A stretch of DNA of 62,387 nucleotides, counting the filler, from Dugesia japonica (taxonomy: Eukaryota): NCBI GenBank assembly GCA_001938525.1. It is 6 parts of 6 records of this genome, joined end to end, with 100 filler letters (N's around TTAATTAATTAA, not from the genome) between each part and the next. Parts side by side here need not be neighbours in the genome. Positions count along the whole stretch, not along the records: positions 1 to 16,388 come from MQRL01608446.1; positions 16,489 to 25,294 come from MQRL01648115.1; positions 25,395 to 34,382 come from MQRL01515411.1; 3 more parts are not named here. One strand, 5' to 3'. This document shows positions 12,208 to 26,899 of this stretch, piece by piece. How positions within the stretch are numbered: the stretch's first letter is position 1; every line of letters starts with the position of its first letter. The notes beneath the pieces are model-generated. The model was given only the letters and a program-made list of their open reading frames with translations. It ran no database searches and had not been told where the DNA came from. The translations under genes and the position numbers were made by a program.

Positions 12208-13658
12208 TTAAATAACTATCTAATTACAACCTTGATTTTCAAGTAATTAAAACAATAATTTATAAATAAAAACCAATATTTTACAGTTTTTAAAAATACT
12301 CTTTTTTTAAATACTGTTTACATACATTACTTAAAAAATTCATATTTATATTATATTTAATTTTTCAGAAGTTAAAATGCATATAGGGAATTATAAATTT
12401 CTAAGGCTTAAAAAATTCAAAAGTTCCAAATTTCAGAAATTGTACTTATATTTTTATACAGCATTTTTTAATCTTTATCGATCTATGACCCAATATTGGT
12501 ATGGGGAAAAATTATTGTGGTTCAAATATATTTATTATAAATTATAACTTATAAGTATTAAACTTTAAAATTAAGCAGCGTTTTTAATCTATTAACTAAA
12601 TTTTTTTTCTGAAAGCTCAATATTAAAGTTTTTTCATACAAAATTGTGTATTTTATTGTTAAACTTAAAAATTTATAATTCTCTCAAGAATAAAACAGAT
12701 AAAAAAATTCCAAGACAAAATATATCAAAATTATGTATTAAAATTTATTGTTAAAAGAATTTTTAGATACTTAAAAGACATGAAAGAAAGGCTAATTTAA
12801 TATTACTTTTATCGATAGAAATCAAATACAAATTTGAAAATGGCATTTTGATATAGACAAACTTTTCACTAGTATTTTAATAACTTAAGCTTAGAAAAAA
12901 CGTGTGTTTCAGTTCATTTTACGAATTTTTTGAATGAAAAATTATCAAAAAAATTGAATTAACTCAAAAAATATCCGCTGACAGAACTTAAAACTGATAT
13001 TATCTAGTGTCAGAGTCTTTATTTTCGTGGGATTCTAGAGATTTTTCATGGAAACACTTTTGAAAGTCACTGGGTTAATTTCCTGCAAATTTTAATTTAC
13101 ACAAAGAATTAATCTAAATAAAAAATTTTGAAGATATTAAATTAGAAATTTTAAATCTTATTTGTTGGTTTTGATAACAACACAAGTCTGAACTTCAAAT
13201 CATCACAACTGGAACACTTTTATCTTAAAATTCTACAGGAATAGCAAGAACAAAGCTTGAAACAGTTTGCATGAATTCAATGAACTTCTAGAAAAAGGAA
13301 TTGCCAGAAAAAGCACTAGCACCTTGTTTGTCTATACACTCGGAATATGTTTTCTGTAGTTATTGTCGCGTTGTTATTTTTATTGTACTTGTACAGCAAA
13401 ATTTGCCGATACGTTCTTTTGTAATTTCTATTTCCAACATTCTAAAGAGAGAAAGTAACAAATATATTATAACCAAATTTTAATAAAAAGTAAGATAAAA
13501 AATTATTTAATGAGATTAATGTATATTATTGTTGGGCTGGAACAGCCAGAAAAGTAAAAGCTGTTTATCGAAATCAAATAATTAAACAAATACTACATAA
13601 ACAAATATACGAGAAGACAAAAGGAAGAATTAATGATAAAAAAATTGATAAAAGTAAT

Positions 13659-13860
13659 TGTTAGATATAATATTTAAACATATTTGTTTAAATATTATTA
13701 ATCGAGTTTACATTAATTAATTTTAAAGAGAAAAATCGAGATATTGATAGAAGACCTGATAGTAAACTGATGTATCAAAAACGTGATGGTAGAAATTGGT
13801 TCACCAAAATATCAATTCAAAATAAAAAATGCATAGGAAAATCCAGAATTAAATAATTTT
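13659..13860 (+). mobile_element. Collapsed Gypsy fragment (LTR start fused to protease-region pieces)
   Basis: TGTTAGATATAATATTTAAA matches the LTR start at 17853(-); the following sequence is the reverse complement of parts of 19790-20055. Confidence 0.65.
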
Positions 13861-14529
13861 TGAATAAAAAACATATAGAGAAACATATAGAGTTATCAAG
13901 CCCCGCTCGCAAGAATACAAAGTGAGTTACTATTTTGTTCTACTCGTTATCGTGAATTTATTGATTCAAAATAGTAACTCACTTTGTATTATCGCAAGGG
14001 GGGCGATAACTCATAGTTATTCAGTGCGCTCACATCAACCGCTTTATCTATTGGTTATCGTGGATTCGAAGAATTCGTAGCGGATCAGATTTTTGATCGG
14101 ATAAAATTTTTGGCAGGAAATTTAAAATTTTTTTTGTTTTATTTTCTCATTTTTTTATTATTTTTTTCTTTATCTTTTTTTTAGTTTTTTTGTTTAGATG
14201 ATGTATTTGAAATCGAAATTTATACTACTTTACTTTTTCTTAACTTCACCTCTACCATATGTAAATCTTAACCAATTTTTCAAAAGTATCAAATGATAAA
14301 CTGTAGAATTTAATATCACTACTATAGGTTATCTTACTTTTTTATATGTTTTATATTTTATTTTATTTGATGTTTCTGTATTATTTTTATATTTTTCTTT
14401 ACTAGTAACAGTTAAAAGCACTGTTGTTATTTTTTGTTAACATCAAGTATTAGTTTTTTCTCAATTTGTTTAAATAACTCATTCAATCCTAGATTGACTA
14501 TAAACAAGCATGGTTGAATATTAAAAGGC

Positions 14530-14640
14530 GAAATCCATTATGGCTACTTCTCAACTACCATCCATGTAAATTGGACTTTTAAGCTCAAGAATATAATTAC
14601 TACCAGTATTATTTGGATAAACTAGTGGACTACTATAACT
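14530..14640 (-). pseudogene. Maverick minor capsid (penton) N-terminal fragment
   Basis: SSPLVYPNNTGSNYILELKSPIYMDGS*EVAIMDF resembles the Polinton penton pattern S..YP.N..S.F...L..PI.L.G.WEV.L.E. Confidence 0.65.
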
Positions 14641-14689
14641 TGGTAAAAAAGTATAGAAATTATTTGATTTCATCTGAATTTTCGTCTTG

Positions 14690-14960
14690 ATGAACTATTT
14701 CTGATGCTAATATCTAACTTGGTTTTAGTATACATACCATTTTACATAGTATTGTTTATTCTTCCAATTCCCTTTGATTTAACTGGAACAGCATTTGCGA
14801 GTCTTTTGAATACAACAATATATATCAAAATATACTTTAACTTTTATTAATCTTTGAATATGGAATCATCTTCAATAGATCCATTTGCTATAAATCATCA
14901 ATACCATATGCTTTATATGCTCTTGTCGGAAATCCTTTTTCGTCTCTCGTTTTTAATTTA
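14690..14960 (-). pseudogene. Maverick integrase fragments (N-terminal catalytic part plus chromodomain)
   Basis: AYKAYGIDDL*QMDLLKMIPYSKINK..YILIYIVVFKRLANAVPVKSK resembles the GIDD.WQADL.DM..YS..N.GYKYIL..ID.FS.YA.AVPLKSK pattern; followed by YYVKW (chromodomain-like). Confidence 0.75.
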
Positions 14961-15099
14961 TGAGCTTATTTTATCATTTCTTCTTGAAAACCTGCTGAGT
15001 GGTTTTTGGATTTGTCCATATTGTCTTCATTTTTGTTTCCATTACAACATTTTGACGCGAATTTTAGGTTATAATTAGATAATGCTTGTAATCCAGCAA

Positions 15100-15559
15100 C
15101 AGTTTGATCTCTAGGATTTCTGAATATAACCAAGTATTGCACATTTAAATTGCGGGTTCTATGACTACTTTCTTGATGAAAAAGATTTTGAGTAATAAAT
15201 ATCACAGTAACATTACGATGCCTCGATATCTTTGTGAATAAATTATTGAAATTTCAATCTTTATTTGATTCCTGATAAAGATTATCAGCAACAATAACAT
15301 TACCTGGTCTTAATCTTTTGCTCCAATTTTTACCAAAACCATTTATAATTTTAAATTTAATATTACCAAATTCAGATTTAGTCAGACCATTTTTTGCATC
15401 TGCGCTCCTATATCAGTATTTGTTTTTAAATTTAGACTTGAATAAATTTTATTTTAATAATTGGCATACAAACAAAGTTTTCCCGCTACCACTAGGTCTA
15501 ACAATTTGATAGATTGCATCATTTTCTAATTTCTTAATCTTGTTTTTAGAATTTTTCAT
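15100..15559 (-). pseudogene. Maverick/Polinton A32-like DNA packaging ATPase (pseudogene)
   Basis: MKNSK...YQIVRPSGSGKTLFVCQLL (Walker A), VIVADNLYQE (Walker B region), FTKISRHRNVTVIFITQNLFHQ..RTRNLNVQYLVIFRNPRDQ; internal stops and a frameshift. Confidence 0.85.
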
Positions 15560-16388
15560 AATTTATCACATTGGTTATATTTGCTTAACGGATCTATTAA
15601 ATTAATTCCGTCAAAACCCTAATATTCCTCATTAATTCTTTTATTATGATAACTAATATTAATTTCATAGGTGAAGTGATGCAAGAAAATGAGCTTTCGA
15701 ATATGTAACCAATCTCAATTCAAGGTTAAAATTGACAAGTATAAGATTAATTTACAATTCTGAATGTGCAAAATCTAGGGTGGTTGATATATTATTAAAT
15801 AAATATACAATTATAGTTTTGTAGAACCCTTATAGTTATAGTCTTTCAGAACCTCTATAATATTATCTATATGCAAGTTGTAATAATTTTGTATAAATTA
15901 GCAAAAATATCCTACTGCTGGTTTTAACGAGAGTTATTTCCTGTTTTGAGATAGTCAAAATATAGTCATTTATATGTAAATCTGTTCTCAAAAGGAAAAC
16001 TAGTAATACTTGGACATAAAAATTAGAATTTTAAAGAATATGTAGATAACATTAAATCAGATTTACTCAATTTGATTGAAAAAACTTAGAAAATTCGCAA
16101 CACATATGCAATATAAGTACAACTTAAGTACAAATAATATCAATTTGAATTTAGTTATTTAATTTTCAAATAATTAAATATATTACGTTGTGGTTGTTTA
16201 TTATGCATATATAATATATTGCATTTCATCAGTTTCTTGTAAATTAAAAATGACTTCAGAAATATTCAAGATAAGTTTTCTAAAACAGATTTTAGTTTTT
16301 TTTAAAATTTATACTTTTGTTGGGGTGAAACACCAGATCAAGACAAATATAGTGGCTTAGGTAGACACGAAATTTGAAAGATCTACAT

Positions 16389-16488
16389 NNNNNNNNNNNN
16401 NNNNNNNNNNNNNNNNNNNNNNNNNNNNNNNNTTAATTAATTAANNNNNNNNNNNNNNNNNNNNNNNNNNNNNNNNNNNNNNNNNNNN
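16389..16488. other. Artificial scaffold-joining spacer
   Basis: 44 N + TTAATTAATTAA (stops in all six frames) + 44 N = 100 bp. Confidence 0.95.
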
Positions 16489-16570
16489 AATATTAATAAT
16501 AATATTAATAATAATAATGATAATATTAATAATAATAATATTAATAATAATATTAATAATAATTATAATG
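16489..16570. repeat. (AAT)n-type microsatellite
   Basis: AATAAT/AATATT repeats seen directly. Confidence 0.85.
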
Positions 16571-17120
16571 TATTTTATAATGCTAAATGCGCCACGCTTT
16601 TTGTATTTTAATAAAAAAATTAATAAGGTGTGAAATTTTTTCTTGTTAATTAAAACGAAAAAATTTATTTGAGGTCAACTGAAGTGTGAATTTTCACAAC
16701 TAAGTTTGTTTATTTTAAAGGTGTGAAAATTCGTACCTTAGGTATCAATGTCCTTTGGTTACATTAAGGTGTGAAATTTCACACCGTTTGTTGCTTACAC
16801 AAAAAGGCGTGAATGGTTATTACGTCACTTCCTGGTCGTGTGCACACTTAACCACTTATTCAATATGTAAAATATTGTAAGATGCTACTTTACACTTTCT
16901 ATAAAAATTAAATAAACATTGTCAAAATAACTAAGTGTTTTGATAAAAAAATAAATTAAATGTAATACGCCCAATAATAATAAATCATTCAAATAATAAA
17001 TTATTCTGATATAGATAAATATTAAAAATAATTTTTATTCTAGAAAATGGACCCTATAAATAATAATTCAGAAAAAAACGTAGTAATTTATTTTTCGTGT
17101 TAATATTAATTTTATAATAG

Positions 17121-17218
17121 ATTTATGAAAATTTTTCCGATGATGAGTTAATAGAATTCAGTATTGGTTGGACTTCAATACCTCTTTACGAAAATAACGG
17201 ACAATTAATAAATGCAAA
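17121..17218 (+). CDS. NPHP1: Nephrocystin-1 homolog, internal exon
   Basis: AATAG| acceptor; IYENFSDDELIEFSIGWTSIPLYENNGQLINA+AA |GTATAT, resembling NPHP1 [23 protein letters not shown]; phase 2 matches the next exon. Confidence 0.75.
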
Positions 17219-17753
17219 GTATATTTTATTATTTATGCATTTTTTTGGATTTTATATAATTTCAGTTATCATTTATCAAACAGATTTTTAAAATTTATTA
17301 TAATTATATTTTACAATAAAATATCCGATTGTTGGTAAGGGTTAATTTGTTTAAATTTTATGATGGATAATATCTAACACCCTTCCATCATTTAATATAT
17401 TTATTTAAAGGTCTGGCTTATCTGGTTACTGTGACTCTGAAACTACTAATTTGATTATGATTCGTCCATTTTTATTAATATAAGCACAATTCAGTGCCAT
17501 GCTTTCGCTCATTTTAGCAAATCGATGAACATTAACAGCAATTAAATGAACATGATTGGAATGCAACATTTTCTAGTACATCATTTTGTTACTGTGAGAA
17601 TGTTCTTGCAAACTATATGTATCTGATTAATTTTGGTCGATTCGCGGTTTCATTTATCATTAATTAAATATTTACATTCTAAATTAGTAATATGAAAATT
17701 ATAATTAATTATAATAGTAATATGTAAATGAGAGCCGAAAACATTATTAGAAC

Positions 17754-20055
<2,302 letters not shown>

Positions 20056-20874
20056 TTTCAATTTGTATGGTCCCTGTAACGAGTATTATTAGGAAAAGTA
20101 TATATCATGGCTTTTATTGATAAATTTAGTAGTTATATGTCATTAAATGTTAATAAAAGTGAAATTAAAAGACCGTATTGTAGTGAGACTAGCGGTATTA
20201 TTAAGTATCAGTTTAGTTTTAAATTCCATTAAATGAACAAAAATATGAAAACCAAATTTCCAATATTANAAGAAATGGAAACAAAAAACTTAAAACCATC
20301 AAAGATTGCCTTAGTTATGATTCATCAGAAAATTCATTTCTAAAAGAAGTTTATTTATATTTGGTTAAATTGTCATCAGAGTCTTCCAAATTTTCTTCTT
20401 ATTTCGGAATCTATTTCTATTTTTTGAATTTTCCCCAAATCGTTGAATCAAAAATGAAAATATAATACTTTATTTTAAATTTATAGAAATGAATTCACAA
20501 AATAATTTTTAAGTTAATGACAAAGATGTTTAATAACTGTGAAATGAGATTAATTAATTTACTTCTAATCAAATATTTAATATTATATGATTGTATTTTT
20601 GCTTGTATGTCTAAAAAGTCTGGCATATTTGACCTTTTGATGATATAATGGCCAACAGGGTCAATGGGGTAATTGTCATACCTGGCCCAAATATATAAAC
20701 ACGATTTTCAATTTTAAATAGTTTTTATAAGTATTTTTATTATATTAAAATCGTCTTATTCGATAATAATGAATCGTACTAATTTTCGGAGCATTAATCA
20801 TAATCATAAATTTACAGAGCTATGAATATCTTATTAAGAAATATTTTTTATTTATTATATAATATAATTTTTAG

Positions 20875-20951
20875 AAAAAGTGATTTTTTAATCAATGGTG
20901 GAACTCCATTTGAGAAAGGCATTGATGTTGATCCCTCTATTTATACTTTTG
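20875..20951 (+). CDS. NPHP1: Nephrocystin-1 homolog, 77-nt exon
   Basis: TTTTTAG| acceptor, |GTGAGT donor; KSDFLINGGTPFEKGIDVDPSIYTF matches the NPHP1 motif [21 protein letters not shown]. Confidence 0.85.
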
Positions 20952-21789
20952 GTGAGTCTAATTTAGTTTTCAAAGTAATTTAAAATAAAATAATTATTGA
21001 TAACTAAATGTTGTACATTGCTACGACTATAAATAATTTTCTTTTTATAGTTGTTTTATTATTTGTTAAAAACAACTTATTATTCCTGAGTTTGTTGTTG
21101 TTGTTTTACCTGTCATAACCAATATTTCTCTTTCGTTTATCCATACCGCTCTTGGTTTCTTTTTCCTTGTTTGTTGATTTTCGTTTTTGAATTTTCTACT
21201 CTTCTCTACTTGCTTTCATGGATTTTTCTAAGTCATCGGTTTCTTAATTATTGTTGTCTCCACTGCTTTGTTATCTTTATCAGATTGAGGGTTTTTTAGC
21301 TTAACAGTTTAATTTCTTTTTGTAGGACTCTTTCTAATTTTCTATCGAACCCCTATTTGCATTGCTTATTTTCAGAGTTGGTTGTTTGGCTTATTGTTTT
21401 TTTATGTCGATTTCTATTAGTCTCTCAAAGTGAATTTCGGTACCATCTAATTTAGTTTACAAAATCATCTAAAATAAAATAATTATTAACAGCCAAATGT
21501 TGCAATTTTTGCTTTTAGCTGTTTTTTATTTTTAGTGTTAGTTATGCTATCATGTTACTCGTTAACATGTGTTTATTGATGGCGTAAAGGATCAATTATC
21601 ACTTAAGTATATGGATTTCTAAATGCTTAAATTCATCCGAGAAGTTACTTAATTTATTTAAAATATTCCATAGCGATGCATTCAATTCAATTAATCATTA
21701 AATCATTCAAACTTACTAAAATATATACTTTGATTTCGCAAATATTTTGATTTTTCATATTTATCACTTAAATTTCTTCACTATTGATA

Positions 21790-24000
21790 TTTACAAGGTT
21801 CTATAGAATTACATGGAATTGTTTAGGGTTTTAAAGATTTTCCTAGATTTTTATAGAATTTATAATGCTTTGAGTGATTAANNNNNNNNNNNNNNNNNNN
21901 NNNNNNNNNNNNNNNNNNNNNNNNNNNNNNNNNNNNNNNNNNNNNNNNNNNNNNNNNNNNNNNNNNNNNNNTTTTATAAGGTTTTAATGGTTTTATTGAC
22001 AGTAAAGGATTTAACGGATTACATTGAAAAGTATAGCGTTCTTAAAATTTTTTAGGGTTTTCCAAATTTTGTCTAAGGTTTTTATAAGGATTTGCAAAAT
22101 TATATAATAAGGATTTAATGGTTTTCTAAGGTATTATAATGCTTTAATTCTAGTAAAGAATAGTATGTCTTAGAGGTTTTTATGATTTTAGGGTTTTTAC
22201 AGCTTTCTATATCGGTTTTATAGAGTTTATATGATTTATTAGGGGTTCTAAGGCTTGTATAAGGAATTTATAGGGATTTATTTAGCTTTATAAGGGTTTT
22301 CTGAGGAATTTTTAAATAGATTTATAAAGTATTATAAGAACTTTTATATATTTTTTTAGGAATTTCCTATTGTTTTTTATATTTAATAGAATTTTAGAGT
22401 ATTTTAAAGTCATATAAGGTTTTTGTATGGGTTTTTACAGTTTGTTGGGTTTGATAGGTATTTTATATGGATTTATAGAATTTTACAGAGTTTCCATGGT
22501 TTCCTTGGGATCTTTTTTATTTTTTCCGCACTCAAGTCAATAAAATGTTTCCAAAATTTACTAGAAGTTGATAAAATCTTTCATTAATAATTTACAATGT
22601 TAATAAAGCCGTAGAAAATTTCAAATATTGAAGTTTCCGGGAAAATTTTAAGATATTGATGTTGCTTGGAAGAATTTAAATATCGATATTCACAGGAAGG
22701 ATTTCTATAACATCAGTATGAAAATATAGTCTCTATATAAACATTATTATCATTATCATACATTATTAGTTTCTTCGTCTACAATCGAATTTCAAATCCT
22801 CACCAACCTGCAAGATTACTTGATCATTTGAGAGTACATTCATCTACTTAAACACTTTTTTCATCTACCAGCTTATATTTATTTGTTTGTCTATGCTGTA
22901 CGTTCATCACCACTTATGATCACGTAGTTGTCAATAAGCACATTTCATGTGCTCATCAGCCTGTAATATCAAGTTGTCGTCCATTAATGTATTTCGTGTA
23001 TTCGTTAGCTTATAAGATATTTTTATAATCTATGAGTACAATGTGTACACTCATCAACCAGGAAATTTGATATAGTTGTCTGAGTGCACTTATCAACACT
23101 TATGATCACTTTTTCGTCTATTAGGTTACTTCGTGCATTCATTATTTGTATCATCCCGCGCTGATCAACAATCTAGTGCTAATATAAACTAATATCAATA
23201 TTGTCAGACAAGTAATCTCAATATTGCCTGTGGAGCAACTAGGTTCAAATGATAATATTGTCCGCTGGTGAGTAGATTCAAATGACATAACTAGTTTTAT
23301 AACTTATGCACCTAATTCATTCATCATCATTAATTTAAATCTATTTAATCGTTAGCACAATCTATCTAGTAATTTCATTCGTATGCTTAATCGATTGCTC
23401 AATTTGTTTAATCATCCATTCAATTCATTTAAACTTTAAAGTTATTCTCTTCAATTCATTCTATTTAGTATTCAATCAATTAATGATTTAATCTAGTCAA
23501 TACATGTAAATCTGCTCTATTGAATTTTTATTCCATATAGTTTATTATAATACTCCTAAAATTCACTTAACCTATACAATCAGCTACTCATTCACTCACT
23601 CAATACACTTTACCTTCAATCAATCATACTTAGAATCCATATAATCTAGTCAATAAATTATTTAATTTTACTTTTTTAATTAATAATTAATTTTTAATTA
23701 TCAATCAACTTAAATTAGTATGGAATTTTCATTGCTTAATATGTATTTATGATGCACAGGTAGATGGATTAATATGTATAAAATTTCAATATTCCCCCGC
23801 GACCTTTTAATATTATTACTGGGTTTATTATTTTAATGAGTATGTTTGTTTATTTGGTTTATTGTATATATTAAATGACTCTATAGGGTTTATTGAGTAT
23901 ATCTTATAACTTTATTGGGTTTATTATGTGTATTTAACTAGTACAATTGAGTCTTTTGTGTGTATTTAATGACTCTAGTAGGTTAATTGTGCGTATTATA
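21790..24000. repeat. Mosaic of degenerate, strand-skewed minisatellites
   Basis: Successive blocks: TTTATA(A/G)GGTTTT-like (21790-22510), AATATTGATGTT-like ~33-mers (22550-22720), GTACATTCATC-like (22800-23180), TCATTCAATT-like (23300-23690), TTATTGGGTTTATT-like (23815-24000). Confidence 0.6.
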
Positions 24001-25294
24001 TTTTCTGATCTTTACTTTATTCGGTTCTGATTGTCTCCTTGATATTGATTGGTATTTTTTCTTCTAGTTTTAATTAATTTATTTATTTTCGTCCAAGAAA
24101 TAGTTATTTTCACTATTGTTGACATTTAGTTATTCCTCTGTATTTTCTAAATAAGCCTGTTTTTCCTTTCAGTATTGTTTGTTCTTATTTTACTTGCTCT
24201 GTCTTTTGTTCTACTCCAACATGATGATAAAAATTAATATTAAAATTTTGATTTATAATTCATATTAAAATGGTAAATACTTTCAATTTACTAGAATCAT
24301 TAAATTGTTATGTTTTAGATAGGTTAAATTGTAATTGTATTGGAAATTATTTAGGTAAGATAAGAAACATTTAAAAAGCCGCTGTTGTATAAAGATGTCT
24401 AAATTTTTTGTAAATGCTTAAAATTTTATTTTCTTAAGTTGCATTTATATCAAAGCTTAGCTTGTTGTTATTTACTTTTGAAATATTAAGTTGAATTTAA
24501 TTTTATTCGTTTTTAGAAATTAATCGTATTGTGAATAAGAAGTTCATTGTTATGCCCATTTTTATCGCATAAGTCCTCTCAAACTTTAAACGGTTGTGCC
24601 TCCGCCAATACCTTTGCTAAAATCAACTATTCGTTAAGTTTATGTTTATCGCAACCAAGTTGAGTAATTTTTAGGCGAAAGAAGCTCATGTGTGTTTGTC
24701 AAATCTTATAGGAAATTTTTCCATTTCAATTCGTGATTTTACACCTTCAGATTTATTTTTTAACTTCTTATTGTACTTTGCAATTTCGAGGTATTATTTT
24801 GCGGAAACAAGTCATGTTTATTTTGCTAAAATAAAATTATAATTTTCGTTTCAATCTACACAAAAATTAAAATTTCATTTAAGCAAAATAAATCATTCGT
24901 TTTTATTTTCGAAACATGCGTTCCTTCTATTATATTCATAATTCATATGCATCAATACATTTAAATAATAAAAAAGTAAGTTCTAAGGAGCTTGCGCAAG
25001 AAGGTAGTAAAAGAATAAAGTATCAGCTATCATCTTAAACCCAGAGCACTTAATATCAGTTTGGTATTTTATAAATGGATGTATAATGTATACCTAAATT
25101 TTATGACTAATTTAAAACGTTAAAACCCTGGGGGAAATATTTCAAACTTTTCGAAAAAATTAATGTTTTATACTATTTTTATTTTTGAACTTTTTATCCC
25201 CGGTCGCGTAACAGTTCCTATAAAAGGTGATGGGGCGCGTATTGGCTATTCTATATAAGAGAACTATTCTTGGTCTTCACAAAGCCTCTGAAAT

Positions 25295-25394
25295 NNNNNN
25301 NNNNNNNNNNNNNNNNNNNNNNNNNNNNNNNNNNNNNNTTAATTAATTAANNNNNNNNNNNNNNNNNNNNNNNNNNNNNNNNNNNNNNNNNNNN
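25295..25394. other. Artificial scaffold-joining spacer
   Basis: 44 N + TTAATTAATTAA + 44 N. Confidence 0.95.
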
Positions 25395-26295
25395 TTGAGT
25401 GGTCTCGAAACAAGATTAATTCTTCTTTGATGGAATTCATAAATATTCCAAAATTTGAAAAATGTTGTCATTAATATTGGAAATTATTTGTAAGAAAAAT
25501 TTACATTGACTTTTTTGATTGTCATTCATTTTTTAAATCGTAAAAATTATATGTATTAGGTGTACAAGTATGACACCGTGATTTTTACGATTTAAAAAAT
25601 CAATAATAATGAACAAAAATTANNNNNNNNNNNNNNNNNNNNNNNNNNNNNNNNNNNNNNNNNNNNNNNNNNNNNNNNNNNNNNNNNNNCTTCAAACAAT
25701 TCATGAAACCATACATAAAAAGTAATAAAACAAACATAAATACAAACTATCTTGCAAAATGAATAGTCATAAACCTATTTTCATCACAGCAGCGTGATAA
25801 ACTAATAAAAATCTGGATACCGATTAAAGAACATCATGTTGCGTAAAGAATTTTTACAAAAATCTTACGGTGAGTAATTATTATCACATGCAATTTTTAA
25901 ATAAAATATTCTACTGGTATTTCTAATATTTTGTTGAAAATTGATCAAACAATATAATATCATGATTTTATAATTCCGTAAAATTGTGATACAGAATAGT
26001 ATAACTTTCATTTAATTTTTATGCTTCTTTATTTCATAAATGTACTCATAAACGTCATAAATTATTTTTAAAATGTTCAGTTGTAAAACAAAAATATTTA
26101 TCATTAAAAATCAACAAAATAAAATTATGTTAATGTCGGAAAAATAAACTGAAAAATCTTTTGTTTTACTCATTACGCCGAGAAAACTTAAATAATATTC
26201 CAAAAAATATTATAACAGACCAGAAATATAAAACTAGAAACAGGAAAAGTTATTGATTTTACCACATGCTAAAACAATATATAATTATTTTATAC

Positions 26296-26441
26296 CAGAT
26301 TGTTTGAATGTAGTGGATTTTGTGCCCCAATACACAAAGAATTTGTCATTAGAGGAACACTAGAGGTCAGAGGCCAAACATTTTGATTATTAGTTGATAA
26401 CATAGTTTGTTGTGTTAATGGATATCTGACAGTTGATATTC
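26296..26441 (-). CDS. RBFOX: Rbfox/fox-1 homolog, post-RRM exon
   Basis: After a 46-bp GT-AG intron; open frame (G)ISTVRYPLTQQTML...NPLHSNNL; donor CTG|GTATAA; phase fits the previous exon. Confidence 0.72.
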
Positions 26442-26487
26442 CTAGAATTTTAATAAAACAAATTATAATATTTGATTCATTTAATAC

Positions 26488-26536
26488 CATTTTCAACTTT
26501 CTTTTTTGCTATCATTCGCGCTGTTGCCACATTTAT
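26488..26536 (-). CDS. RBFOX: Rbfox/fox-1 homolog, end-of-RRM exon
   Basis: TTAG|INVATARMIAKKKVEN+G|GTATT, matching Rbfox VNNATARVMTNKK. Confidence 0.9.
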
Positions 26537-26899
26537 CTAAATATTTAATTAAAATTGTTGTAAAAACAGAAAACACAGTAGAAATAAACAGTTTATTTTA
26601 TAATGAGAATTTTAATTAAAAAAATAGCTATATCTAATGCATTTTTGTTTTTAATTTTTGTATTATCATGTTAAAATTTCAATGGTGTATCNNNNNNNNN
26701 NNNNNNNNNNNNNNNNNNNNNNNNNNNNNNNNNNNNNNNNNNNNNNNNNNNNNNNNNNNNNNNNNNNNNNNNNNNNNNNNNNNNNNNNNNNNNNNNNNAG
26801 GATTAAAGTAAATTAAAATGTAACTATTATCATTAGTATTTTAATTTTAACTGCCTTAACAATAACCAAGACAGGTAAAAAGCTTAATTTTATTAAAAT

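Larger units (their letters stand above)
13891..15650 (-). mobile_element. Highly deleted Maverick/Polinton (adintovirus-like) element
   Basis: Minus-strand remnants in series: packaging ATPase, retroviral-like integrase with chromodomain, minor capsid (penton) N-terminus, then a GC-richer terminal region with an inverted repeat. Confidence 0.8.

Noticed and set aside
13100-13483. Possible retroviral env-like transmembrane segment or extra exon
   Set aside because: Hydrophobic stretch needs frameshifts, every frame has stops, and no recognisable motif is present.
21790-22510. Interstitial telomere
   Set aside because: Only scattered TTAGGG-like words in a degenerate repeat; no tandem (TTAGGG)n.
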